This document shows, one piece after another, positions 40,289 to 48,911 of a stretch of 64,000 nucleotides of DNA. The notes beneath the pieces were generated by a model. The model made no database searches and had not been told where the DNA came from. It saw only the letters and a program-made list of their open reading frames with translations. Every line of letters begins with the position of its first letter. Within the stretch, counting starts at the first letter, position 1. Source of the stretch: Candidatus Eiseniibacteriota bacterium (GTDB taxonomy: Bacteria; Eisenbacteria; RBG-16-71-46); assembly GCA_036505355.1 (NCBI GenBank), contig DASXTP010000155.1, positions 3,182 to 67,181 on the forward strand, in the 5' to 3' direction. A program made the translations under genes and the position numbers.

Positions 40289-42274
40289 ATGACCAAGGAG
40301 CACAAGCGCCTGGGCGACCTGCTGATCGAGGCCGAACTCATCACGCCTCAGGATCTGAGCGATGCGATCGCCGAGCAGCGACGAACCGGCGAGCTGCTGG
40401 GCGCGACCCTGATCCGCATGGGCCGCATTTCCGAGCCGGTGCTGATGAAGCACCTGCAGAGCCAGCTCGGCCTGCCGCTCGTGGACCTGGGGCAGCGCGT
40501 GGCCGACGAGCAAGCCCTGGCGCTCATCAAAGAGGAGCTGGCTCGCAAGTACGTCGCCCTGCCGCTCGAGATCGAGAGCCGCTCCACCCTGGTCGTCGCC
40601 ATGGCCGACCCGCTCAACGTCGCGGCGCTGGAAGACCTGCGCTTCCACAGCGGCATGTTCATCCGCCCGCTGCTTGCCACCTCGAGCTCCATCCGCGAAG
40701 CGATCGAGCACTACTACCACATCGACAACTCCGTGAACGAGGTGATCAGCAACATCATCAGCAGCGAGGAAGAGGTCGTGGTGAGCGCGGTCCGCGACGA
40801 CGAGCAGGCCGAGGCCATCGACGACCTGATCCGCGAGGCCGAGGGCCGACCGATCGTGCGGCTCACCAACTGGATCCTGCATCGCGCGGTCGAGGAGCGG
40901 GCGAGCGACATCCACATGGAGCCCCAGGAGCGGCACCTGGTGATCCGCTTCCGGGTCGACGGCCTCCTGCACGAGGTCCAGCGCCTGCCCAAGTGGACGC
41001 AAGGCGCCGTGGTCTCCCGGATCAAGGTGCTGTCCAATCTGGACATCGCGGAAAAGCGCCAGCCGCAGGACGGCCGCTTGGCGGCGGAGATTCGCGGGCG
41101 CCGGGTGGACATGCGCGTCTCGACCTTGCCCACCACGCACGGCGAGAAGGTCGTGATCCGCGTGGTCGACCAACAGCGCGTGGCGCTCGAGCTGGACCAG
41201 CTGGGTTTCCTGCCCGACGACCTCGATCATGTCCGGCGCCACCTCGAGCGTCCGCAGGGCATCCTGCTGGTGACCGGTCCGACCGGATCCGGCAAGTCGA
41301 CCTTGCTCTACTCGGCCCTACGGCACGTCCAGCACGAGACCAAGAACATCGTTTCGGTGGAAGACCCGGTCGAATACCAGATCCCTGGCATCAACCAGGT
41401 GCAGGTCGACGAGAAGGCCAAGAAGACGTTTCCGGCCGCGTTGCGGGCCATCCTGAGGCAGGACCCGGACGTGATCATGATCGGCGAGATCCGCGACCGG
41501 GAAACGGCGCAGATCGCGTTCCGCGCCTCGGTCACCGGGCATCTGGTGCTGAGCACCGTCCACACCAACGACGCCGCCGGCGCGGTGACGCGCCTGGTCG
41601 ACCTGGGGCTCGAGCCCTTCATGGTGGCCACGTCCCTGATCGGGGTGGTCGCCATGCGGCTGGTGCGCACCCTGTGCCCGCGCTGCCTCGAGCCTTACGA
41701 GGTCAATGCGTCGAACCTCAACCGGCTGGGGGCCCGCGAGCTGGCCGAGGGGACGGTGCTCCTGCACCGCGGCCGCGGCTGTCCGCACTGTCGCCACACC
41801 GGCTACCAGGGGCGCATCGGGATCTTCGAAGTGCTGGAGGTCAACGAAACGATCCGCACGCTGATCAACCAGAACGCGGCCGACGCGACCATCCGTCATG
41901 CCGCGATCGAGGCCGGCATGCGCTCGATCGGCGAAGACGGGCTGAAGAAGGTGCTGGGGGGATCGACCACGCTCGAGGAAGTGACCCGCGTCGTGTACCT
42001 GGCCGACCAGGGTGCGAAGGTGTGCCCTTCCTGCACCATGGTGCTCGCCAAGGACTACGAGTACTGTCCGAGCTGCGGGGAATTCGTCGGCGAACACTGC
42101 GAGAGCTGTCGCCGTCGCGTCCACCCGGGCTGGACGTTCTGCCCGTTTTGCGGCGAGCCCTCGGCCCAGGGGGCGGCCGAGGCGCAGCGGGAGGTTGTGG
42201 ACGACCGGACGCGGCGAGTCGCGCGTCTCGCGCGACGTCGCGGCGCCGAGCCACCTCTGAAGCGGGCGTCATGA
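40289..42274 (+). CDS. GspE/PilB-family secretion ATPase with MshEN-like N-domain and an extra C-terminal double zinc ribbon
   Basis: The N-terminus has two RLG..LI..G.I....L...L..Q-like motifs. Walker A is GPTGSGKST. Canonical tetracysteine CPRC...CPHC is present, followed by an extra CPSC..CPSC..CESC..CPFC tail. Confidence 0.85.
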   Translation: MTKEHKRLGDLLIEAELITPQDLSDAIAEQRRTGELLGATLIRMGRISEPVLMKHLQSQLGLPLVDLGQRVADEQALALIKEELARKYVALPLEIESRSTLVVAMADPLNVAALEDLRFHSGMFIRPLLATSSSIREAIEHYYHIDNSVNEVISNIISSEEEVVVSAVRDDEQAEAIDDLIREAEGRPIVRLTNWILHRAVEERASDIHMEPQERHLVIRFRVDGLLHEVQRLPKWTQGAVVSRIKVLSNLDIAEKRQPQDGRLAAEIRGRRVDMRVSTLPTTHGEKVVIRVVDQQRVALELDQLGFLPDDLDHVRRHLERPQGILLVTGPTGSGKSTLLYSALRHVQHETKNIVSVEDPVEYQIPGINQVQVDEKAKKTFPAALRAILRQDPDVIMIGEIRDRETAQIAFRASVTGHLVLSTVHTNDAAGAVTRLVDLGLEPFMVATSLIGVVAMRLVRTLCPRCLEPYEVNASNLNRLGARELAEGTVLLHRGRGCPHCRHTGYQGRIGIFEVLEVNETIRTLINQNAADATIRHAAIEAGMRSIGEDGLKKVLGGSTTLEEVTRVVYLADQGAKVCPSCTMVLAKDYEYCPSCGEFVGEHCESCRRRVHPGWTFCPFCGEPSAQGAAEAQREVVDDRTRRVARLARRRGAEPPLKRAS

Positions 42275-43227
42275 CTCGCACGCTGGCTCGGCTGTGGCGG
42301 GTGAACGGCGGCCTGCTGGTCCTGCTTGGCATCGTCGGCGGGACCGGGGTGATCAACTTCTTCGTGGTCAACCAGCGCGCGTTTCTCAACTTCTATTACC
42401 TGCCGGTGGTGCTCGGCGCCTACCTGCTGGGCCGCAAGAAGGGCGTTTACTCTGCGGTGCTGTCGTGCTCGATCGTCTTCGCGTTGGCGATTATGAACGA
42501 GGGACAGTTCCTTGCCACCAGCCAGGGGGCCCCGCTGCGCTGGCTGGACCTCGGCACCTGGGGCTGTTTCCTGATCCTCACCTCCTACGTCGTGGGTTCG
42601 CTCTACGAAGCCAAGCAGGCCCAGGTCCGCGAGATCCAGAACGCCTACGCCGGGGTGCTCGAGATCATGGCCAAGTTCATCGATTCGGTGGACGAGTACA
42701 CCGAGAACCACTCCCATCGGGTGGCGGAGTACTCGGTGAAGATCGCCGAGGAGATGAACCTCTCCGAGGTCGAGATCGAGGACATCCGGGTGGGCGCCTT
42801 CCTGCACGACGTCGGCAAGGTCGACGTCAGCATCGAGGTGCTCCGCAAGGCGGCCGGTCTGTCGCCCGAGGAATACGCCGAGATGCAGCGTCACGTCGAC
42901 AGCGGCGAGGAACTGGTGCGCTCGGTGGGCGGCATCCTGCGTCATGTTCTGCCGATGGTGGCCTACCACCACGAGCGCTTCGACGGCACCGGTTACAAGG
43001 GCTTGGTGGGTGAGAACATCCCGCTCGGCGCCCGCATCGTGGCCGTCGCCGACACCTACGACGCGATCGTGTCCCGGCGCGTCTATCGGGATGGCCGCAG
43101 CCACGAGGAAGCCCTGGAGATCATCCGCCAGGAAAGCGGGCGGCAGTTCGATCCGCGGGTGGTCGAGGCCTTCCTGGTCGCCATGGCCGTCGCTCCTGGA
43201 GACATCGCGCCTCGCGAGGCGGCCTGA
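42271..43227 (+). CDS. Membrane-anchored HD-GYP domain protein (putative c-di-GMP phosphodiesterase)
   Basis: N-terminal TM helices, then HSHRVAEY, FLHDVGK, HHERFDGTGY motifs. The ATG overlaps the ATPase stop (ATGA). Confidence 0.85.
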   Translation: MTRTLARLWRVNGGLLVLLGIVGGTGVINFFVVNQRAFLNFYYLPVVLGAYLLGRKKGVYSAVLSCSIVFALAIMNEGQFLATSQGAPLRWLDLGTWGCFLILTSYVVGSLYEAKQAQVREIQNAYAGVLEIMAKFIDSVDEYTENHSHRVAEYSVKIAEEMNLSEVEIEDIRVGAFLHDVGKVDVSIEVLRKAAGLSPEEYAEMQRHVDSGEELVRSVGGILRHVLPMVAYHHERFDGTGYKGLVGENIPLGARIVAVADTYDAIVSRRVYRDGRSHEEALEIIRQESGRQFDPRVVEAFLVAMAVAPGDIAPREAA

Positions 43228-43347
43228 GCGCGACCGGCACGGCCCCGCCTTCTTGTGCAGCACTCCGATGCTGACGTCGACCTTGCCGCTGCCGTTTCAG
43301 GTAGACACCGACCGACCGTCCCCAGGTCAAGCGTCCCTACGTTGCTT

Positions 43348-45639
43348 TCAGCTCGGACTGCATACTACGGTCCCCAGGTCGAGGATTGGATCGTCCGAAG
43401 CCGGAACACTCAGCTCGAACCGGCACACGCCGTTCTGGTATTCGACCTCCGCGGGGTAGCGCCCCGGCGGCACATCCTCGAGGTAGAACTCTCCCTGCTT
43501 GCCGAGCGGCGATACGACCGGCTTGCCATCCACGGTGACCGTGAGCTGGCCGTAGGCGGGGACGATTCTCTGGCCGGCAAACTCGACCACCAGCGTACCC
43601 GAGAGGCTCTGCAGGCGCTTGACCGGAAACAGAGCCTGGACCGCTCCCCCGAACGGCGGGGCGACGACGCGTTCGTTGGCCCCGATGTCGTAGGCGGGCG
43701 GAATGTCCTTGTCCTCGATGGTGAGACGATTGCCGTAGTAAGGGAGCAGGTTGGGGATGACCAGCTCGCCGCGGCCATTGGTGCGACCGACTTCTTGACG
43801 GTTCAGGTAGGCACGAACGCCCGGGAGTCCAGGCACCCGGAGGAGCGCCATGCCCTGCTGGGCGGTGCGCGTCAGATGGATCCTCCGGCCGATGGCGACC
43901 ACTCCTCCCGAGATGCTCACGGTCCTTGGAGTGCTTCGTCCCGTGCCATCGAATGACGCCTCGTAGCGACCATGGGGTCCCTGGTACTGAAGCACCGTGT
44001 TAGCCCGATCGGATCGGTCGAGCGGAGCTTCGATCCGATACCCGTAGCCGGTGCCGATGGGAAGCGACCGCTGAGCCCGCGCCAGAGTCGCTCCCCTGCC
44101 ATCCCGGATCTCGTGAGAGACGCCGGCCGTCGTCAGGGCTCCAGGCGAGCAGCTCACTTGGAGCGAAATCTGGTCGCCCTCTGCCCGTCCACCTTCCAGA
44201 GGTCGACTTCCGGAAACGAACAGACTGGTCCGCTTGAGGAGACGGATGTTGCCGACCAGAGAGAGCCGGTCGGACCGCCCCGCGCTCCGGTATTCGGTCC
44301 GAGAAAAGCGGAGGCCCAACGAGGAACGAGAGCCCACCTGTAGGGCGGCAGAGGCGCTTGCCGCCAGCGCTGCCCGGTCGTCGCCTGGCATGAGGCTCAA
44401 CGTGGCCCAACGGTCGCTCAGCCTTTGGACCGTGGCACCGAAGCCGAGAGGCCGGCCGAGATAGCTGAAAGCCAGCGAGGCGGCCCCACCGCCCAGACCC
44501 TCTCGGCGGCTCGCGGCGGCAGAGAGATCCAGTTGCCCGAAAGGCAATCCGGCCGTCAGGCTCGTGCCCCCGCTGATCAGCCTGGAAGCCGTTTCCAGAT
44601 GGGCGCCGGTGGTGACGGACCGGGTCAGGCCGACCCGATGGCGACCCAGGAAGGCGAGGTCACCGTAGTCCCCGTTGGCGGTCGCCAGGCGATTCCGACG
44701 GAAGCCCACGGAGTAGCCGTACTCGGAAATCCCGGGCGCCAGGAGCTGCGGGGCGAAGTAGAAGGTCGACAAGAGCTCCTGCTCCCCGCCGAACCGATCG
44801 CGGATCACGACCCGCAAGGAACCGTGACCGGAGGTGACCGGGAGGTTGCGCAGCTCGACCGGGCCCGGTGGAACCTGCTGGCGGTGGACCAGGTGACCGT
44901 TGACGTAGGTCTCAAGGGTCGACGGCGCAGGGGCGATGGCCGAGGATCCGAGGACAGGTTGGCGGATGAAGTAGGGGTCGAGACCAAAATCGCGTGTCAT
45001 GCTGACGCCGGCGAGGGACGCGGTCCCGCCCAGGGGTCCGCCGCCCGCAACGTTGTCGCCGATCACCCAGCGGCGCAGTCGACGGCCATCATCGAGCGTG
45101 AGGCTGGTGAGGTCGCGCAAGAACGAGCCGTCCGGTTGCCGAGAAAATCGGCCGAGAAGGAAGCCGCCTCCGAGGTTGAGTCCAGCCTCGCCGAGCGCCG
45201 AGACCTGCCCAGGTTCCTGCCTGTGGATGGCATAGTTCAAGAAGGCAACGCCCTCCCGACCGTACGTGATGCCCTGCGGGCGCGAGGAGCCGAGAAGGAC
45301 CACGGTCGCAGGCAGGAGGGTCGGTTGGGCCATCAGACGCAGCTCCAGCGCCTCTTCGTCGACCTCGAAGGTGACGGCCGGGCTCAACGAGGCCAGCGAG
45401 ACAAACGCTTCACCGTCCATGTCCCGGCGACGCCCGGCGAGGCCGCACAGCCCGGCCGCATCCAGGTCCGAGACCCGGACCAGGACGTCATCGACTTCCA
45501 AGTAGACGAGGACCGTCCCTCGATCGACGTAGTTGACGACCAGGTTGAGGAACGCGCCCTGGTCTTGGGCGAGCAGTTGCGACGGGGGGTACGAGGCGAG
45601 GAGGAGCCACAAGCGAACGCAAGAGCGAAACCTGCGCAT
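43348..45639 (-). CDS. Fimbrial outer-membrane usher (archaic/Csu-type)
   Basis: 763 aa with a signal peptide and a large beta-barrel pattern. It lies downstream of the chaperone and the spore-coat-U subunit. The C-terminal carboxypeptidase-regulatory-like plug ends in paired Cys. Confidence 0.7.
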   Translation of the reverse strand: MRRFRSCVRLWLLLASYPPSQLLAQDQGAFLNLVVNYVDRGTVLVYLEVDDVLVRVSDLDAAGLCGLAGRRRDMDGEAFVSLASLSPAVTFEVDEEALELRLMAQPTLLPATVVLLGSSRPQGITYGREGVAFLNYAIHRQEPGQVSALGEAGLNLGGGFLLGRFSRQPDGSFLRDLTSLTLDDGRRLRRWVIGDNVAGGGPLGGTASLAGVSMTRDFGLDPYFIRQPVLGSSAIAPAPSTLETYVNGHLVHRQQVPPGPVELRNLPVTSGHGSLRVVIRDRFGGEQELLSTFYFAPQLLAPGISEYGYSVGFRRNRLATANGDYGDLAFLGRHRVGLTRSVTTGAHLETASRLISGGTSLTAGLPFGQLDLSAAASRREGLGGGAASLAFSYLGRPLGFGATVQRLSDRWATLSLMPGDDRAALAASASAALQVGSRSSLGLRFSRTEYRSAGRSDRLSLVGNIRLLKRTSLFVSGSRPLEGGRAEGDQISLQVSCSPGALTTAGVSHEIRDGRGATLARAQRSLPIGTGYGYRIEAPLDRSDRANTVLQYQGPHGRYEASFDGTGRSTPRTVSISGGVVAIGRRIHLTRTAQQGMALLRVPGLPGVRAYLNRQEVGRTNGRGELVIPNLLPYYGNRLTIEDKDIPPAYDIGANERVVAPPFGGAVQALFPVKRLQSLSGTLVVEFAGQRIVPAYGQLTVTVDGKPVVSPLGKQGEFYLEDVPPGRYPAEVEYQNGVCRFELSVPASDDPILDLGTVVCSPS

Positions 45640-45704
45640 CGCCCGAGCCTTACATCAATGCCCGATCCCTTGGGCGCGGTCGTTGGAAGACATCCGGACT
45701 CTCA

Positions 45705-46475
45705 CTACCTTCCGCAGACGCCCGCGGGTGCTTCGAATCGCTCTGCGAACGTGTCCCCATCCGTGGTGACGTCGACTTCGAGACGCTCGACCCTCGGACA
45801 TTCGGCTGGGGGCACGTCCACCTCGTAGAGGCGCGTCCCCCCGGCCAAGACGTACGAGCTCGCCAGCTCTCGCTCGAAGACACTCACGCCGGCGGCGCCC
45901 AAGCCTTTGATTCGCACTCTATGCAGATGGAGGTGGACGTTCCCCGGGTTCCTCACGGCAACGGAGAAGTGGCCGGGACGGATATCGGTCAACTCCACGT
46001 TGCGCTTGGCCGCCGGCTTCGTCGGCTCCAGGAAGACAGGGATTCCAAACCGGGTCAGGGTGCGAACGTGGGTCCCTGTGTCCGGCCGGCCCGGCGACCG
46101 TAACGGGGGCAGCTCCTCGATGAAGAGTCGATAGGTCTTTTCGCTTGCGCCGCACGGGGTGATCTTGCCGACCCGGATCTTGCGCTCGGCTTTGGGCGCG
46201 AGACTCAGCAGCGGAGGAAAGAACACGAGGTCCCGCGTGGGCGTAAAGTGCGGTTCCCCCCGCGCACTCTGCTCCCAGGAGACAACGCTGAGTTGGAAAC
46301 GCGCCGCTTCGTCGCCCTGGTTACCCAGGGTCACGAGGGAGCTGGGAGCCCGGGAGGACAGATGGACTTGCGTCGGGTAGACGGTGAAGCTACCCGCTTC
46401 GGCTGCCAGGGCGCCGAGTGCCAGGACCAGCAACAGGCCGGGCAGAACCCCCAAGCGCCAACGCAGGAGAATCAC
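45705..46475 (-). CDS. Periplasmic pilus chaperone (PapD/CsuC-like)
   Basis: Signal peptide followed by FTVYPTQVHL...VTLGN.G......Q, an Ig-fold pattern typical of fimbrial chaperones. GTG start. Confidence 0.7.
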   Translation of the reverse strand: MILLRWRLGVLPGLLLVLALGALAAEAGSFTVYPTQVHLSSRAPSSLVTLGNQGDEAARFQLSVVSWEQSARGEPHFTPTRDLVFFPPLLSLAPKAERKIRVGKITPCGASEKTYRLFIEELPPLRSPGRPDTGTHVRTLTRFGIPVFLEPTKPAAKRNVELTDIRPGHFSVAVRNPGNVHLHLHRVRIKGLGAAGVSVFERELASSYVLAGGTRLYEVDVPPAECPRVERLEVDVTTDGDTFAERFEAPAGVCGR

Positions 46476-46490
46476 GACGCGGGAACGGCA

Positions 46491-47000
46491 TCAGAAGAAC
46501 ACAGTGACTTGGAGAAGGTCATCGTAGTGATCAGCGACGACCTGTTGACCGGCAAAGACTCTGCCGTATACCGGGAACTCCTGCAGGTTTCCGTTCCCGG
46601 CTGCACCCGTTGTGTATCCGAATGAGCCATCACCCCAGACTAGGGTCCTCTCAGCGTCGATAAAGAGGTTGTAATTCAGGAACTCGTTGCCTCCGTCACC
46701 GCCCATCCGGCGATTCCCATCCGCAGCGACGAAGGCGGAACCAGGGCCCATCTGAATGTTGTAGGGCAGGCCATTGGTCGCCGTGATCTGGATCGCGCCC
46801 TGCCCATCGACCTGATTCGTCTTCGCGAACGAGCCAAAGTCGATGCTCACCACGGCGAGCTGCACTGAGGCGACGACGAAAGCGTCGACCGCAAAGGTAT
46901 CGGTCGCCTGCTCTGACCAGGCCAAGTGGGCCGGGCTGCCGACCGACAGGCAGCAAAGGCACAAGACGAAGACGCTCAGACGGCACACAGCGTTTTTCAT
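46491..47000 (-). CDS. Spore coat protein U (SCPU) domain pilus subunit
   Basis: Trimmed to MKNAVCRLSVFVL (signal peptide). Contains F.V.A.V...C.....DFG, LNYNLF and C-terminal LQVTVFF, as in CsuA/B-type subunits. Confidence 0.75.
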   Translation of the reverse strand: MKNAVCRLSVFVLCLCCLSVGSPAHLAWSEQATDTFAVDAFVVASVQLAVVSIDFGSFAKTNQVDGQGAIQITATNGLPYNIQMGPGSAFVAADGNRRMGGDGGNEFLNYNLFIDAERTLVWGDGSFGYTTGAAGNGNLQEFPVYGRVFAGQQVVADHYDDLLQVTVFF

Positions 47001-47325
47001 CACGGGCTCCTTTCTTCTTTCGCCGAGCCCGGCGGCTCGGCATCGAGAGATTACGCCGTCGACGGGCTCCTCGTACGCGGAGACTCTGGTGCACCCCGGC
47101 AGGTGCGACGCAGAGGCATCGCGGGGGCATCCGTGCGCGACCTTGGCGAGGCGCGGCCAGGCGACCGCTTCCAGGTCCCTATCCAGCCCGGGACGCTCGC
47201 GCTGCGGACCGAGCCGTGTCAATTGTTTTCTTGCGACCCCCTCCACCCGAGCCTAGTTGTTCATCGGGGTCGATGTCGACCCTGTCCCCGAAGGGATGAA
47301 GCAGGGCGTGGTCTGTGGCGCGGGG

Positions 47326-48880
47326 GCGTAGACTGGGCTGCAGCGTCGGGGACGAGGTCGGTTTGTTCTTGGTGCGACGAGCCCGAAGCCTAGTTGGACC
47401 CGGAGTCCTGCGGGCACCCCGAATTGTGTCCAGCGGCCGGAAGGCCGTGGAGCACGCTTACTAGAATCCGACGACGAGGACTCCTCCCGACGCCACGAGG
47501 AGGCCCCATGGAAGTGCTGCATCCGCGATGCGCGGGACTCGACGTCCACAAAGACACGGTGGTGGCGGCGGTGCGCTGTGTTTCGCCGCCGGTCCATCAC
47601 GAGGTCCAGAGCTTCCCCACCACGACGCGGGGGCTGTTCGCCTTGGCCGACTGGCTGGAGTCGCAGGGCTGCACCCACGTGGCGATGGAGGCCACTGGCG
47701 TTTACTGGAAACCGGTCTGGCACCTGCTGGAAGGGCGGTTCGAGCTGGTTCTGGCCACGCCCAGCACGTCCGTAACGTGCCGGGACGCAAGACCGACGTG
47801 GGCGACGCGGCGTGGATCGCCGACCTGCTCGCCCACGGGCTGATCCGCGGCAGCTTCGTGCCGCCAGCGCCAATCCAGGAACTGCGCGACCTGACCCGCA
47901 CCCGCAAGCAGCTGGTGCGCGAGATCACTCAGCACTCGCTGCGGATCCAGAAGGTGCTCGAGGACGCCAACATCAAACTGGCGAGCGTGCTGTCGGATGT
48001 CCTGGGCCAGAGCGGGCGCGCCATGCTCGAGGCGATCCTGGCGGGGGAAGAAGACCCCGAGCGACTCGCCGAGCTGGCCCTGGGCCGCGCGCGCCGCAAG
48101 CAGGCCGCGCTGGTCGAGGCCCTGCGTGGGCGCGTCACCGCCCATCATCGCGCCCTGCTGCGGTTGCATCTGGATCTGGTGGATGCGCTCCAGGCGGCGC
48201 TCGCGGAGGTGGATCGCCACGTGGGAAAAGCCTTGGAGCCGATCCGTGATCTCGCCGGGCTGCTGACCACCATGCCGGGCGTCAGCCACGTGGTCGCACA
48301 CGTGATCCTGGCCGAGATCGGCTTCGACATGAAGCGCTTCCCCACCAGTGGTCACCTGGTCTCGTGGGCCGGGCTCTGTCCCCGCAGGGATGAGAGCGCC
48401 GGGAAGCGACGGTCCACCCGAGTCCGCAAGAGCGCGAACTGGCTCAAGACCACGCTGGTCAACGCCGCCTGGGCGGCGGTCCGCACCAAGAACAGCTACC
48501 TCCACGCCCAGTTCCTGCGGCTCAAGCCTCGCCGGGGTGCCAAGAAGGCGATCCTCGCCGTGGCCGCCTCGATGCTGACCGCCGCCTACTTCATGCTCCG
48601 CGACGGGGTCGAGCACCACGACCTCGGCCCCGACCACTTCGACCGCCGTGACCGCACCAAGGTCATTCATCGCCTCGTCCGGCGACTCCAGGACCTCGGC
48701 TGCACCGTTCAGATCACACCGGAGGCCGCCTGATCGCCCCTGGCTCCCGTGCTTCTTACTAGTGCACTTCAGGGCATGAGATTGGCCACCGGCCCGGCGA
48801 GCGCAGACCCGACGCGCAGTGCACATTCCGCGGACCTCGACCGGCTTGTCGCGTCCCCGGCGACCCGCTTAGACTGGCCT
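47326..48880 (+). mobile_element. IS110-family insertion sequence (boundaries approximate)
   Basis: Contains the transposase below. A near-identical 14-mer GC(G/T)TAGACTGG(G/C)CT occurs at 47326-47339 and 48867-48880. CTTACTAG occurs near both ends. Confidence 0.5.
47508..48733 (+). pseudogene. IS110-family (DEDD) transposase interrupted by a 1-nt frameshift near 47757
   Basis: The N-terminal part MEVLHPRCAGLDVHKD...MEATGVYWKPVWHLL...LVLA is in one frame, and AQHVRNVPGRKTDVGDAAWIADLL...PGVS... continues in the +2 frame. Inserting one A (GCC AaC GCC) restores the family-typical LANAQHV. Confidence 0.8.
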
Positions 48881-48911
48881 TAAGCGGCGCATCCCCCGTG
48901 GAGGAGCAAAC

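Noticed and set aside
40094-41242. N-terminal 383 aa of track ORF 38297..41242
   Set aside because: It is antisense to the GspE/PilB-type ATPase. The PP2C phosphatase has a sensible ATG at 40093 preceding its first GAF domain.
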